A stretch of DNA of 64,000 nucleotides from a virus, in the IMG/VR virus record IMGVR_UViG_3300025407_001359; one strand, 5' to 3'. Within the stretch, counting starts at the first letter, position 1, and the number at the start of each line of letters is the position of its first letter. Shown piece by piece: positions 8,524-17,259 of this stretch. The notes beneath the pieces were generated by a model. The model was not told where the DNA came from and searched no databases. It was given only the letters and a program-made list of their open reading frames with translations. The translations under genes and the position numbers were made by a program.

Positions 8524-9291
8524 ATGAATCGTACTTATCGCTCAATTTTTATTTCCGATGTACACTTTGGCACCAGAGATTGCAAGGCCGAGGAACTCAA
8601 CAACTTTCTCAAACACAACACCTGCGAAACACTTTATCTAGTGGGCGATATAATTGATGCTTGGAAAATTCAACAAAACAAGTGGCGCTGGCGACAGAGT
8701 CACACCAATGCTGTCAGACGAATCTTGGGCCACGCTAAACGTAACACACGAGTTGTATACGTAGCTGGTAACCACGACGAGTTTCTTCGTCCACTGATAC
8801 CATATGGTATGGGTTTTGGACGAGTAGAAATTGTAAATCAATGCGAACACGTGGGAGCCGATGGCAAACGTTATCTGGTTACTCACGGTGATCTGTTTGA
8901 CGGTATTACCAAATTGGCGCCTTGGTTAGCCTTTTTGGGTGACAAGATGTATGACTTTGTGCTAAACTTGAACTCTAGCTACAACTGGATTCGTCATCGT
9001 CTAGGATTTGGCTACTGGTCCCTGTCAAAATTTCTCAAACACAAAGTAAAAAGTAGTGTAGATTTCATTTTTCAATTTGAACGGAATCTAGCAACATACT
9101 GTAAAAAACGTGGCTTCGATGGTGTAATATGTGGGCATATACATCACGCAGAAATCAAAGACATTGACGGAGTCACATATATGAACGATGGCGATTGGGT
9201 GGAATCAATGACAGCCTTGGTCGAACATCACGACGGGCAATGGGAAATCATAACCTGGACACAAGCTCATGACAGTATTACTTCTAACTAA
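8524..9291 (+). CDS. Metallophosphoesterase, LpxH/PlcP-like (UDP-2,3-diacylglucosamine diphosphatase family)
   Basis: SDVHFG, LVGDIID, GNHDE, HGD, CGHIH, NDGDWVES motifs. Confidence 0.88.
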   Translation: MNRTYRSIFISDVHFGTRDCKAEELNNFLKHNTCETLYLVGDIIDAWKIQQNKWRWRQSHTNAVRRILGHAKRNTRVVYVAGNHDEFLRPLIPYGMGFGRVEIVNQCEHVGADGKRYLVTHGDLFDGITKLAPWLAFLGDKMYDFVLNLNSSYNWIRHRLGFGYWSLSKFLKHKVKSSVDFIFQFERNLATYCKKRGFDGVICGHIHHAEIKDIDGVTYMNDGDWVESMTALVEHHDGQWEIITWTQAHDSITSN

Positions 9292-10150
9292 ACAAACAAA
9301 AAAAGCCTACGAACGCCGCCGCCTGGAAGAAAGTTTTGCCGATAAAAAAATCAAAACAACTGTCAAGCATCCAAAAGACTTTGATCTGGTAGTGACTCAC
9401 GAAATAGAACACAGCGTCAAATTGAATGGTCAAGATTTTGAGTGGCCCAAATTTGTAATACTGCGTGGCACCAGTGGCGAAAACAATTTTAACCTGGCCA
9501 TTATGCGAGAATTTGAACAGGCCGGAATTCCAGTTATCAACAGTCCCACAGCAATTGAAAATGCCCGAGACAAATTGCGTACTTGCCAGATTTTGGCCAA
9601 CAACGGTATTCGTATTCCCAAAACTTTGATGTTCAAGTGGCCGGTGGATGAAGAATTGATTGAACGAGAAATAGGCTGGCCCTGTGTGGTTAAGGTAGTG
9701 TCGGGCAGTCAAGGCAATGGCGTATATCTCTGCAAAAAACGCAAACATTTCACAGCCTTGATGAATATGGCAGTTACCTTGGGCAATCGTCAAACTCTTA
9801 TTGTACAAGAATACATGGCTGACCGAGTTGGCGAAGACCTACGTGTGTTGGTAGTTGGCGGACGTGTGATTGGCGCTATGCGCAGAATCAGCAATGATGA
9901 TTTTCGTGCCAACATCAGCCAAGGTGGCCACGGTGAGCCATTCCCTGTGTCAGACGAAATTGATTACATATCTAGAGAAGCTGCCAGACTGTTGGGACTA
10001 GAAGTTGCCGGTATTGATTTGTTGTTTGATGGCGACAGTTTCAGAGTATGCGAAGTAAATAGCAATCCAGGTTTTCGTGGATTTGAACGATACTGCGATG
10101 TCAATGTAGCTGATGCCATCACAGAATATATTAGACTAAAAATTCAATGA
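9269..10150 (+). CDS. rimK: RimK-family ATP-grasp ligase
   Basis: DKLRTCQIL, PCVVKVVSGSQGNGV, VQEY, DLRVLVVG, FRANISQGG, AGIDLL, EVNSNPG. Confidence 0.88.
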   Translation: MTVLLLTKQTKKAYERRRLEESFADKKIKTTVKHPKDFDLVVTHEIEHSVKLNGQDFEWPKFVILRGTSGENNFNLAIMREFEQAGIPVINSPTAIENARDKLRTCQILANNGIRIPKTLMFKWPVDEELIEREIGWPCVVKVVSGSQGNGVYLCKKRKHFTALMNMAVTLGNRQTLIVQEYMADRVGEDLRVLVVGGRVIGAMRRISNDDFRANISQGGHGEPFPVSDEIDYISREAARLLGLEVAGIDLLFDGDSFRVCEVNSNPGFRGFERYCDVNVADAITEYIRLKIQ

Positions 10151-11145
10151 AAACTATATTGGTAATAACCGACAACCTAAAGGATCAAATCAATGGTGTG
10201 GTCACAACTTTCAAAAACCTGGAAGATCACGCTGGCCGTGATGGGTATCGTGTTGTTTATTGTGATCCCGGGCAGTTCCCTAATTTTGCTTGCCCTGGCT
10301 ATCCTGAAGTTCGTCTCTGTTGGCCGCACGGCATCAGTAAAAAAATTAAAGCGATATGTCCGGATTTTATACACATCGCTACAGAAGGGCCTGTAGGCCT
10401 ATTTGCAAGGTGGTGGTGTGAGCGCAATCATATTCCTTATAATACTAGTTATCATACTGATTTCCCCGAGTTCTTAAAGACCATGTACCGTGTGCCCAAG
10501 AGCATAACTTATTGGTACCTGCGTTGGTTTCACAAGAACAGTCATCGTGTGCTGGTTACTACTCGCACTATTCAACAGGATTTGGCACAGCACGGATTTG
10601 AACGTATGGTCGTATGGACACGCGGAGTCCGCAGAGACATTGAGCCTAGCCGGGAGCGTTGTGAACGTACACGCCCGTTGTTGCTCAATGTGGGCCGTGT
10701 CAGTAGCGAAAAAGGTCTAGCCAGCCTGGTGGAGTTGGACAGTGACCAGTACAACCTGGTCATTGTGGGTGATGGACCATATATGAGTCGTGCTAGACAG
10801 TTGTTGCCCGAAGCTCATTTTGTTGGCTACAAGTCTGGACAAGAATTAGTGGACTATTATCATCAAGCAGACGTTTTTGTATTCCCTAGCCAAGCAGATA
10901 CTTTTGGCCTGGTTATTATTGAAGCAATGGCACAAGGTTGTCCAGTGGCGGCTTTTCCTGTACAAGGTCCTGTAGACATTATCGAACAGGGTGTAAATGG
11001 TTATATGTCGTGGGACCTGGAAGAGGCTGTACGCGAATGCTTGACCCTAGATCGAAACGTGGTCAAACAGTCTAGTCAACAGTGGACTTGGGAAGAATGT
11101 TGGCGTATATTCCGTGAAAATCTAGTAGAAGCGGATAAATATTAA
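10147..11145 (+). CDS. GT4 glycosyltransferase (glycolipid synthase Agt/MgtA-like)
   Basis: NGVVTT, HIATEGPVG, YHTDFPE, VGRVSSEKG, FPSQADTFGLVIIEAMAQG. Confidence 0.88.
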   Translation: MKTILVITDNLKDQINGVVTTFKNLEDHAGRDGYRVVYCDPGQFPNFACPGYPEVRLCWPHGISKKIKAICPDFIHIATEGPVGLFARWWCERNHIPYNTSYHTDFPEFLKTMYRVPKSITYWYLRWFHKNSHRVLVTTRTIQQDLAQHGFERMVVWTRGVRRDIEPSRERCERTRPLLLNVGRVSSEKGLASLVELDSDQYNLVIVGDGPYMSRARQLLPEAHFVGYKSGQELVDYYHQADVFVFPSQADTFGLVIIEAMAQGCPVAAFPVQGPVDIIEQGVNGYMSWDLEEAVRECLTLDRNVVKQSSQQWTWEECWRIFRENLVEADKY

Positions 11146-11165
11146 AATGTAAATAGGACTTTAAA

Positions 11166-12896
11166 ATGGCAATAACTATTGGTGGCGGCATAACAATTGG
11201 TAGCGGCATCAGCCTAGGGGGCGGTACAATTTCTTCTTCCCCTACACCAACCTATAGCGTAACACCCGGTGCTGGTAGCATCAACGAAGGCAGCGGTCTA
11301 ACATTCACAGTATCTGGTACCAACATCACAGATGGCACATACTACTGGGCTATCAATAACGTAACCACCAGTACCGCAGACTTTGGAACTAACTCTGGTT
11401 TGTTTACTATTACTGGCAACTCAGGTTCATTTACAGTAACACCCACAGCTGACAACTTGACAGAAGGAGCAGAAACCTTTACTGTATCTGTTCTCACAGG
11501 TAGTACTTCTGGTACAGTAGTCGCTACCAGTACTTCTGTCACAGTCAATGATACAAGCACAACACCTGCTCCAAGCTATACTGCAACTCCTACTGCAAAC
11601 AATGTCAACGAAGGCAGTAGCTTAACCATTAATGTCACAGGATCAAATATCACAGATGGCACATACTACTGGACCATTAATAACGGCACAACAAGTACTG
11701 CTGACTTTGGTACCAATAGTGGAAGTTTCTCCATTACAAGTAACTCAGGATCATTTAGTGTAACACCCACAGCTGACAACTTGACAGAAGGAGCAGAAAC
11801 CTTTACAGTACAAATCCGTACTGGTAGTACTAGTGGTACAGTAGTAGCCACAACATCAACCATCACCGTCAACGATACAAGCACAACTCCTGGCCGCGGT
11901 GGAAATCGAGTAGTATTCTTTGCGTACAGCAGTGCCCCAGCATCGTTTGGAGCCTATTCTGTTGATCCATACACTAGCATAGTGTCAAGTACCACTGTAC
12001 CACAGTCAACAATAACTGCTGGATATTGTGCATCTTCAGGCAACGTGTTAATGGTGGCGGACGGGTACGGACAAGGTGGCACAACCAACACCGCTGGAAA
12101 TGCATTGACTACCAGTGACGGTATTACCTGGAACCAGGTCACCAGATTGCCACAATTTAGTCCCAACCCTGCTAACATTCGTTGGAGCGGTCTTGCATAC
12201 GGTAACGGAACCTGGGTAGCAGTTGCAGGCGGTCCTAATGCACAATCTACACAAGTAGCCTACAGTACCAATAATGGAAGCACGTGGACCAGTATTAACC
12301 CGTTGCCTAGCAACTACTACGTCGGCGGTGGATTTGGTAATAATATTTTTGTGGCTCTTGCTCCGTTTGGTTCCAATGGATACAGCAGTACAGATGGAAT
12401 AACTTGGACACAAGGCCCAGTAAGACCGACCAATTTTTCAACAACACCGGTATATGTACCATCATTGAACAAGTGGTATGCAATTGATCACACGCCGAGC
12501 ACAAGTGGAAACTTGATGGTAGCAACTTCAACCAATAATATGTCATCATGGACCAGCAATACCTACTCAACTCCTGGTATTCTCTACTACGATAACGTAC
12601 TATGGGCTTACGGAAACGGAGTGTTTGTGGTACTAAATACTCTTCAGACTTTCAGTTACACCAGCACCGACGGTGTAAACTGGACACAACATTCTGGCGT
12701 ATTTTCGGGTCAATTCTATTGGAATAAACTGGTATGGACCGGAACAGAATTTATTGCAGCCAGTACCACCATAAATCCATATGTTTCGTCTTATTGGTAC
12801 AGTCCCGACGGAGCCACATGGACACAAATCACATCAGTTCCAGGAGATCCAACTGGCACACAAGGACTTCTATTAGATGGCCTGTTGACCTCATAA
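11166..12896 (+). CDS. Putative virion surface/receptor-binding protein with two Calx-beta/Ig-like domains and a C-terminal beta-propeller-like region
   Basis: MAITIGGGITIG leader; 2 x 108-aa repeats (NEG...TEGAETFTV); S/T-D-G-x-x-W propeller-type repeats. Confidence 0.6.
   Translation: MAITIGGGITIGSGISLGGGTISSSPTPTYSVTPGAGSINEGSGLTFTVSGTNITDGTYYWAINNVTTSTADFGTNSGLFTITGNSGSFTVTPTADNLTEGAETFTVSVLTGSTSGTVVATSTSVTVNDTSTTPAPSYTATPTANNVNEGSSLTINVTGSNITDGTYYWTINNGTTSTADFGTNSGSFSITSNSGSFSVTPTADNLTEGAETFTVQIRTGSTSGTVVATTSTITVNDTSTTPGRGGNRVVFFAYSSAPASFGAYSVDPYTSIVSSTTVPQSTITAGYCASSGNVLMVADGYGQGGTTNTAGNALTTSDGITWNQVTRLPQFSPNPANIRWSGLAYGNGTWVAVAGGPNAQSTQVAYSTNNGSTWTSINPLPSNYYVGGGFGNNIFVALAPFGSNGYSSTDGITWTQGPVRPTNFSTTPVYVPSLNKWYAIDHTPSTSGNLMVATSTNNMSSWTSNTYSTPGILYYDNVLWAYGNGVFVVLNTLQTFSYTSTDGVNWTQHSGVFSGQFYWNKLVWTGTEFIAASTTINPYVSSYWYSPDGATWTQITSVPGDPTGTQGLLLDGLLTS
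11244..11891 (+). repeat. Tandem 324-bp direct duplication (2 x 108 codons)
   Basis: Identical stretch acacccacagctgacaacttgacagaaggagcagaaacctttac at 11439 and 11763. Confidence 0.9.
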
Positions 12897-12906
12897 TAAA
12901 TACTTG

Positions 12907-14922
12907 ATGCTCAAAAAAATACTTGTCAGTCCCTGGACTGCTCTACTAACTCTAGCTCTAGTTGTTGCTGTACGTGCAGCTGACCCTACATTTGTTGAAA
13001 GCGTAAGACTACGTTACTTTGATACTTTGGTAACAAGTCGGCCAGCTGAAACCATTGGTGTGGACGTGGTAAATATTGATGAAAAAGCCCTGGAACGATA
13101 CGGGCAATTTCCTTTTTCAAGAGACATATATGGAAAAATTATTAGTGATTTGTACCGTCGCAATGCGGGCCTTGTTGTATTTAATATTCTCACTCCTGAT
13201 CGTGACCGCCTTGGTCGAGATGCGGATTATATAGCCGCACTTAAACAATTCCCAACAGTACTACCCAGCATAGGTAGTACACAAACTCGTAACACTCCTA
13301 GAGCTCCAGGATCTGTAGTTATTGGCCCGTACGGCTTGGATACCTTTGTAACTTATCCTGGACTGATTGCCAATATACCTGCGGTGGAATCAGCGGCCGC
13401 TGGTGTTGGCGTTACCAATACACTCCCTGAAGTGGATGGTGTTGTACGTCGTATGCCCTTGGTAGTTGCTTACAATGGCAAACTGTATCCAAGTTTAGCA
13501 ATGGAGACCTTACGTGTGGCCGGTGCTGACTCCACAGTACAGATCAAAGTAAATGAAAATGGCGTTGAGAAAATGCGTATTCCCAAGTTTGGTCCTGTGA
13601 CCACAGACAGCTTGAGTCGCATCTGGATTGACTGGAGTCTAGTTCCAGAGCATTACAGTTTAACAGACTTGCCTCAGGATTTTGAAGGCAACATAGTCAT
13701 TGTGGGTGTGAGTGCCCAAGGTCTTGCTAATCCTGTTGCTACTAGTCGTGGTGAAATGTTGCCACAAGATTTACAAGCAAGTGTACTGGGTACAGTGATT
13801 GCCAATCGAGACAGACCGGCTATTACCAGACCTGACTGGGCCGACGGCGGCGAACTTTTAGCCTTGGTAGTATTGGGCATAGCGTTACTTTTTTTAACAA
13901 GGTGGGTATATGTTGGACTCGTTACTGGTGTTGTCACTATTGGTGTTTTGCTTCCTTTATCTCAGTATTTTTACACGAATTATCTTTGGCTTACTGACGT
14001 TACTGCCCTTATTGGCGGTCTTGTTGTTGTTCTCCTTCATGCTTACGGTGTTAAGTTTGTAAGCGAATTCCTACAGAAACAACAAATCAAAAAGCAATTT
14101 GGTAGTTATGTTAATCCTACCATAGTAGAACGATTACAAAAGGATCCATCACTGATTAAATTGGGCGGTGAACGCAAAGAGCTTTCAATTGTCATGACTG
14201 ACCTGCGTGGCTTTACTACACTAGGCGAAAGTTTTGGCGATGACGTGGAAGGCCTAACACAGATCATGAATGACTATATGACAGCCTTGAGTGTACCAGT
14301 ATTAAAGAACAATGGTACACTGATCAAGTTTATCGGTGATGCCAGCTTGCACGTACACGGCGCCCCGTTAGATGACGTCAACCACGCACATACCGCGGTA
14401 CTCACAGCATTGGACATGATTCGAGCTATCGAAGAATTTAACGTGGAGTTGGTGGCCAAAGGACGCCCACCGGTGGGTATGGGTGCTGGAGTCAACACCG
14501 GTGAGACCTTGATTGGTAACATTGGTGCCAAAACCAAATTTGGTTATGACGTGTTGGGCGACTCAGTCAGTACTGCTGCGCGACTAGAAGGACAGACCAA
14601 AGCATATGGAGTATTATTGATCATTGGCCCACGCACCGCAGAACTGGTACGCAATGAAATACCTGTAATGGAACTTGATTGCATAGCAGTCAAAGGCAAA
14701 ACAATTGGATTAAATATATATACTCCGGAACAGAGTACTAAAGAGCACGAAGATTTCTTAAAATTGTATTACGCCGGCGAATGGAAAAAAGCATTAGCAT
14801 TGATACCAGGGTGTGTAAAAGCCAACCCTAGAATGGAAAAGTACTATGATGCAATGGCCGCACGATTGGAAGAAGGTTGTCCCGCCAGCTGGGACGGAGT
14901 ATATCACGCTACTAGTAAATAG
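12907..14922 (+). CDS. CHASE2-domain class III adenylate cyclase
   Basis: N-terminal TM, CHASE2 (VVNIDEKAL, DGVVRRMPL), 3 TMs, cyclase motifs MTDLRGFT, KFIGD, YDVLGDSVSTAARLE; K/D residues specify ATP. Confidence 0.92.
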   Translation: MLKKILVSPWTALLTLALVVAVRAADPTFVESVRLRYFDTLVTSRPAETIGVDVVNIDEKALERYGQFPFSRDIYGKIISDLYRRNAGLVVFNILTPDRDRLGRDADYIAALKQFPTVLPSIGSTQTRNTPRAPGSVVIGPYGLDTFVTYPGLIANIPAVESAAAGVGVTNTLPEVDGVVRRMPLVVAYNGKLYPSLAMETLRVAGADSTVQIKVNENGVEKMRIPKFGPVTTDSLSRIWIDWSLVPEHYSLTDLPQDFEGNIVIVGVSAQGLANPVATSRGEMLPQDLQASVLGTVIANRDRPAITRPDWADGGELLALVVLGIALLFLTRWVYVGLVTGVVTIGVLLPLSQYFYTNYLWLTDVTALIGGLVVVLLHAYGVKFVSEFLQKQQIKKQFGSYVNPTIVERLQKDPSLIKLGGERKELSIVMTDLRGFTTLGESFGDDVEGLTQIMNDYMTALSVPVLKNNGTLIKFIGDASLHVHGAPLDDVNHAHTAVLTALDMIRAIEEFNVELVAKGRPPVGMGAGVNTGETLIGNIGAKTKFGYDVLGDSVSTAARLEGQTKAYGVLLIIGPRTAELVRNEIPVMELDCIAVKGKTIGLNIYTPEQSTKEHEDFLKLYYAGEWKKALALIPGCVKANPRMEKYYDAMAARLEEGCPASWDGVYHATSK

Positions 14923-15025
14923 CGGTATTGATAACTATGTATGGTGGATGTTGCAGTTGTATTTTTTACCGTACAGATTGCCCGAGCTTGGTAGTGAAGT
15001 TGATCAGTGGGTCAGTGTTTATAGT

Positions 15026-15745
15026 TTAAACGGCATCAAGAGCGCGAACCTTTGCAAGCCCGCAACGTCTAAGTAGTTGTATATAAGTCCAACCCAAATC
15101 CCATTCCCAAGGTTTCATACTTAATTTGGCACTGGCCGGATCTGCGTGATGATTGTTGTGTAATTCTTCTCCACCAATAAAGAACGCCCAAGGCACAATA
15201 TTAGTTGAGTAATCGTTGGTCCTGGTATTACGATAACCCCACCAGTGACCAAAGCCGTTGATTACACCAGCTGCCCATAATGGAATCCAAACCATTTGCC
15301 ATAACCAAGGCAACCAACCCCAGGCCCAGCCCCATACGGCACAGTTGATAAAGAACATCAACACAATACCCACAAAGTTAAATCTAGTATACACATTGCG
15401 TTCCATCCAGTCGTTGGGTGTGCCGGCTCCATAGGTGTCGACCATTTCTTGATCCCGTGCTGCATCGGCATAATAAAACGCACCACCCAAGAATATTTGC
15501 CAAATGCCGTACACGTGAGGACTATGCGGATCACCTTCTCCATCTGTATAACGATGATGTTTACGATGTGTTGCTACCCATTGCTTGGTAACCATACCAG
15601 TGGTAAGCCACAACCAGAATCGCATAAAGTGTTGTACACGTGTATCAAACGTGACTGATCGATGTGCTTGGCTACGATGTAAATAAAGTGTAACGCAGGC
15701 TATGGTGATGTGAGTCATCACCAGGATGTATAATATTAATGTCAT
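15026..15745 (-). CDS. Fatty acid desaturase (delta-9, DesA/Ole1-like)
   Basis: His boxes HRSQAH, HRKHH, HNNHH; GEELHNNHHA motif. Confidence 0.9.
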   Translation of the reverse strand: MTLILYILVMTHITIACVTLYLHRSQAHRSVTFDTRVQHFMRFWLWLTTGMVTKQWVATHRKHHRYTDGEGDPHSPHVYGIWQIFLGGAFYYADAARDQEMVDTYGAGTPNDWMERNVYTRFNFVGIVLMFFINCAVWGWAWGWLPWLWQMVWIPLWAAGVINGFGHWWGYRNTRTNDYSTNIVPWAFFIGGEELHNNHHADPASAKLSMKPWEWDLGWTYIQLLRRCGLAKVRALDAV

Positions 15746-15747
15746 TG

Positions 15748-16065
15748 TTAGTCGTTTCCGCCTGATGCTATTTGATCATCTTCGGATTTTTTGTTAATAG
15801 ATTTTTCTGCTTCTACACGTTCGTGTTCAATAGTTTTACCACGTAGGTGTAATACTGTGTTTACTTTTTGATTTAATCTAATTAGATCATTGTCCAACAT
15901 ACGGATACGATCAATAAGAGCAATAAGAACTGTGTTGGCATCCGAAATAACAGGCTTGACTTCGGTAGTGGCCCAATGCCACACATAATGAATAATGTAG
16001 CCCATTCCCACTGCCATGATAATGGGAAAGCCATACTTGTTGATCAGTTCTGCTATATCGCCCAT
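15748..16065 (-). CDS. Membrane-anchored coiled-coil protein (paralogue of 16927-17208)
   Basis: GFPII TM segment then LIDRIRMLDNDLIRL. Confidence 0.6.
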   Translation of the reverse strand: MGDIAELINKYGFPIIMAVGMGYIIHYVWHWATTEVKPVISDANTVLIALIDRIRMLDNDLIRLNQKVNTVLHLRGKTIEHERVEAEKSINKKSEDDQIASGGND

Positions 16066-16066
16066 A

Positions 16067-16624
16067 TTACATCCACAACCAGAGGCCCTGGCTCATCAGC
16101 AACAATCCCATTCCGGCAACCAAGAAGCTGGCCCAAAACAGTTCCATACGTACTGCTAGAATACTTGCAGACAACAATACGATTGCCAGTTGATATGCTG
16201 TTGATGCATATCCGATCCAAGGTGATTTCTTTTTAGCCAAATCACGTTCGGCTTCTAATCTCTTTGCCTCTGTGTATAATGCTTTCTTGCCTTCGGTACC
16301 TTCTTCGTAGCTGGCAGCTTTGTCGGCCCATTGTTTGGCCAACACAGGATCTTTGGACTGTTGCGCAGCCAATTCGTACTGTGTTTGTTTGATACTTTTA
16401 GCTTGATAAAAATTCCACAGGTCATTGGCTTTGATAGTATTGTTCATAACAGTACTACTTAAACCGCCGCCAATAACTGTGTTGAATGCCAACAATGCTG
16501 CAAACACGTTGATGACCATACCGGCTTTGTCTTTGATCTTGGCTTCACGTTCGCTACGTGAGCCTGTCAGGGGTTCTTTACGACCCTTGCTGATTAAATT
16601 TAATGCGCTGTCTAATAGACTCAT
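16067..16624 (-). CDS. DUF4337-like membrane protein
   Basis: ANDLWNFYQAKSIK and QLAIVLLSASIL motifs; start moved to MSLLDS. Confidence 0.65.
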   Translation of the reverse strand: MSLLDSALNLISKGRKEPLTGSRSEREAKIKDKAGMVINVFAALLAFNTVIGGGLSSTVMNNTIKANDLWNFYQAKSIKQTQYELAAQQSKDPVLAKQWADKAASYEEGTEGKKALYTEAKRLEAERDLAKKKSPWIGYASTAYQLAIVLLSASILAVRMELFWASFLVAGMGLLLMSQGLWLWM

Positions 16625-16746
16625 AATATGTATCCTATGATTAATCCTGTTATAAATGCAAATGTCATCCATTTGATCAAATCTTTGTCAGTCCACAGTT
16701 GTTGGTCCAATGGATGATCTCCCGGGTTCCATTTTAAGTTACTCAT
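16621..16746 (-). CDS. Small membrane protein (41 aa)
   Basis: MSNLKWNPG...WMTFAFITGLIIGYIL; overlaps flanking genes by a few bases. Confidence 0.45.
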   Translation of the reverse strand: MSNLKWNPGDHPLDQQLWTDKDLIKWMTFAFITGLIIGYIL

Positions 16747-16930
16747 TGCTGTATCCTCTTGTGAATTTTTCCAATGGGTCCACTTTTTTAAGTAGTCGTG
16801 CGCCACTGTCGGTTGTTACAAGTTGAAACAGATCGCCTTCGTGCCAGCCTAGTTTATCTACTGGCAACTCTTCGTCTAGTTTAAGATAGTTGGGGTATAG
16901 GTCCCAGATATAATCGTAGTGTATCATCAA
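16739..16930 (-). CDS. Small AbrB/SpoVT-like protein
   Basis: LGWHEGDLFQL...LLKK pattern. Confidence 0.4.
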   Translation of the reverse strand: MMIHYDYIWDLYPNYLKLDEELPVDKLGWHEGDLFQLVTTDSGARLLKKVDPLEKFTRGYSNE

Positions 16931-17208
16931 TCTCTCCGGGCATCTGTTTTGCCGTCGGCTCTACTGATACGATCCACATCTGGGCGCAGGCCCAACGCAT
17001 TGCTCACCACAGTATCAATGCGAATCACGTCGTGATTCATTGTTTTTACTCTATTATCTAAAGCAGTAATAATACCAGCCATACCTTTAACGCTGCTGAG
17101 CACACCGCCTAACAATAGCTTGATCGTCAAGAATACAAAGTATCCGCCGGCCAATGCTGCCACTACCGGAAGCCCCAGTTCTCCAATGATCTTGAATATT
17201 TCTCCCAT
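16927..17208 (-). CDS. Membrane-anchored coiled-coil protein (paralogue of 15748-16065)
   Basis: MGEIFKIIGELGLPVV...ALDNRVKTMNHDVIRI; AAGGAG RBS. Confidence 0.6.
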   Translation of the reverse strand: MGEIFKIIGELGLPVVAALAGGYFVFLTIKLLLGGVLSSVKGMAGIITALDNRVKTMNHDVIRIDTVVSNALGLRPDVDRISRADGKTDARRD

Positions 17209-17259
17209 ACCTGCTCCTTGATACACGACAGCTTGATACTGTTCTTAATGTACAAGTAT

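Noticed and set aside
14846-15076. 76-aa ORF between the cyclase and the desaturase
   Set aside because: It overlaps both genes and has no convincing start. A short frame after TAAATA (IDNYVWWMLQLYFLP...) would need a non-standard ATT start, which I cannot support.
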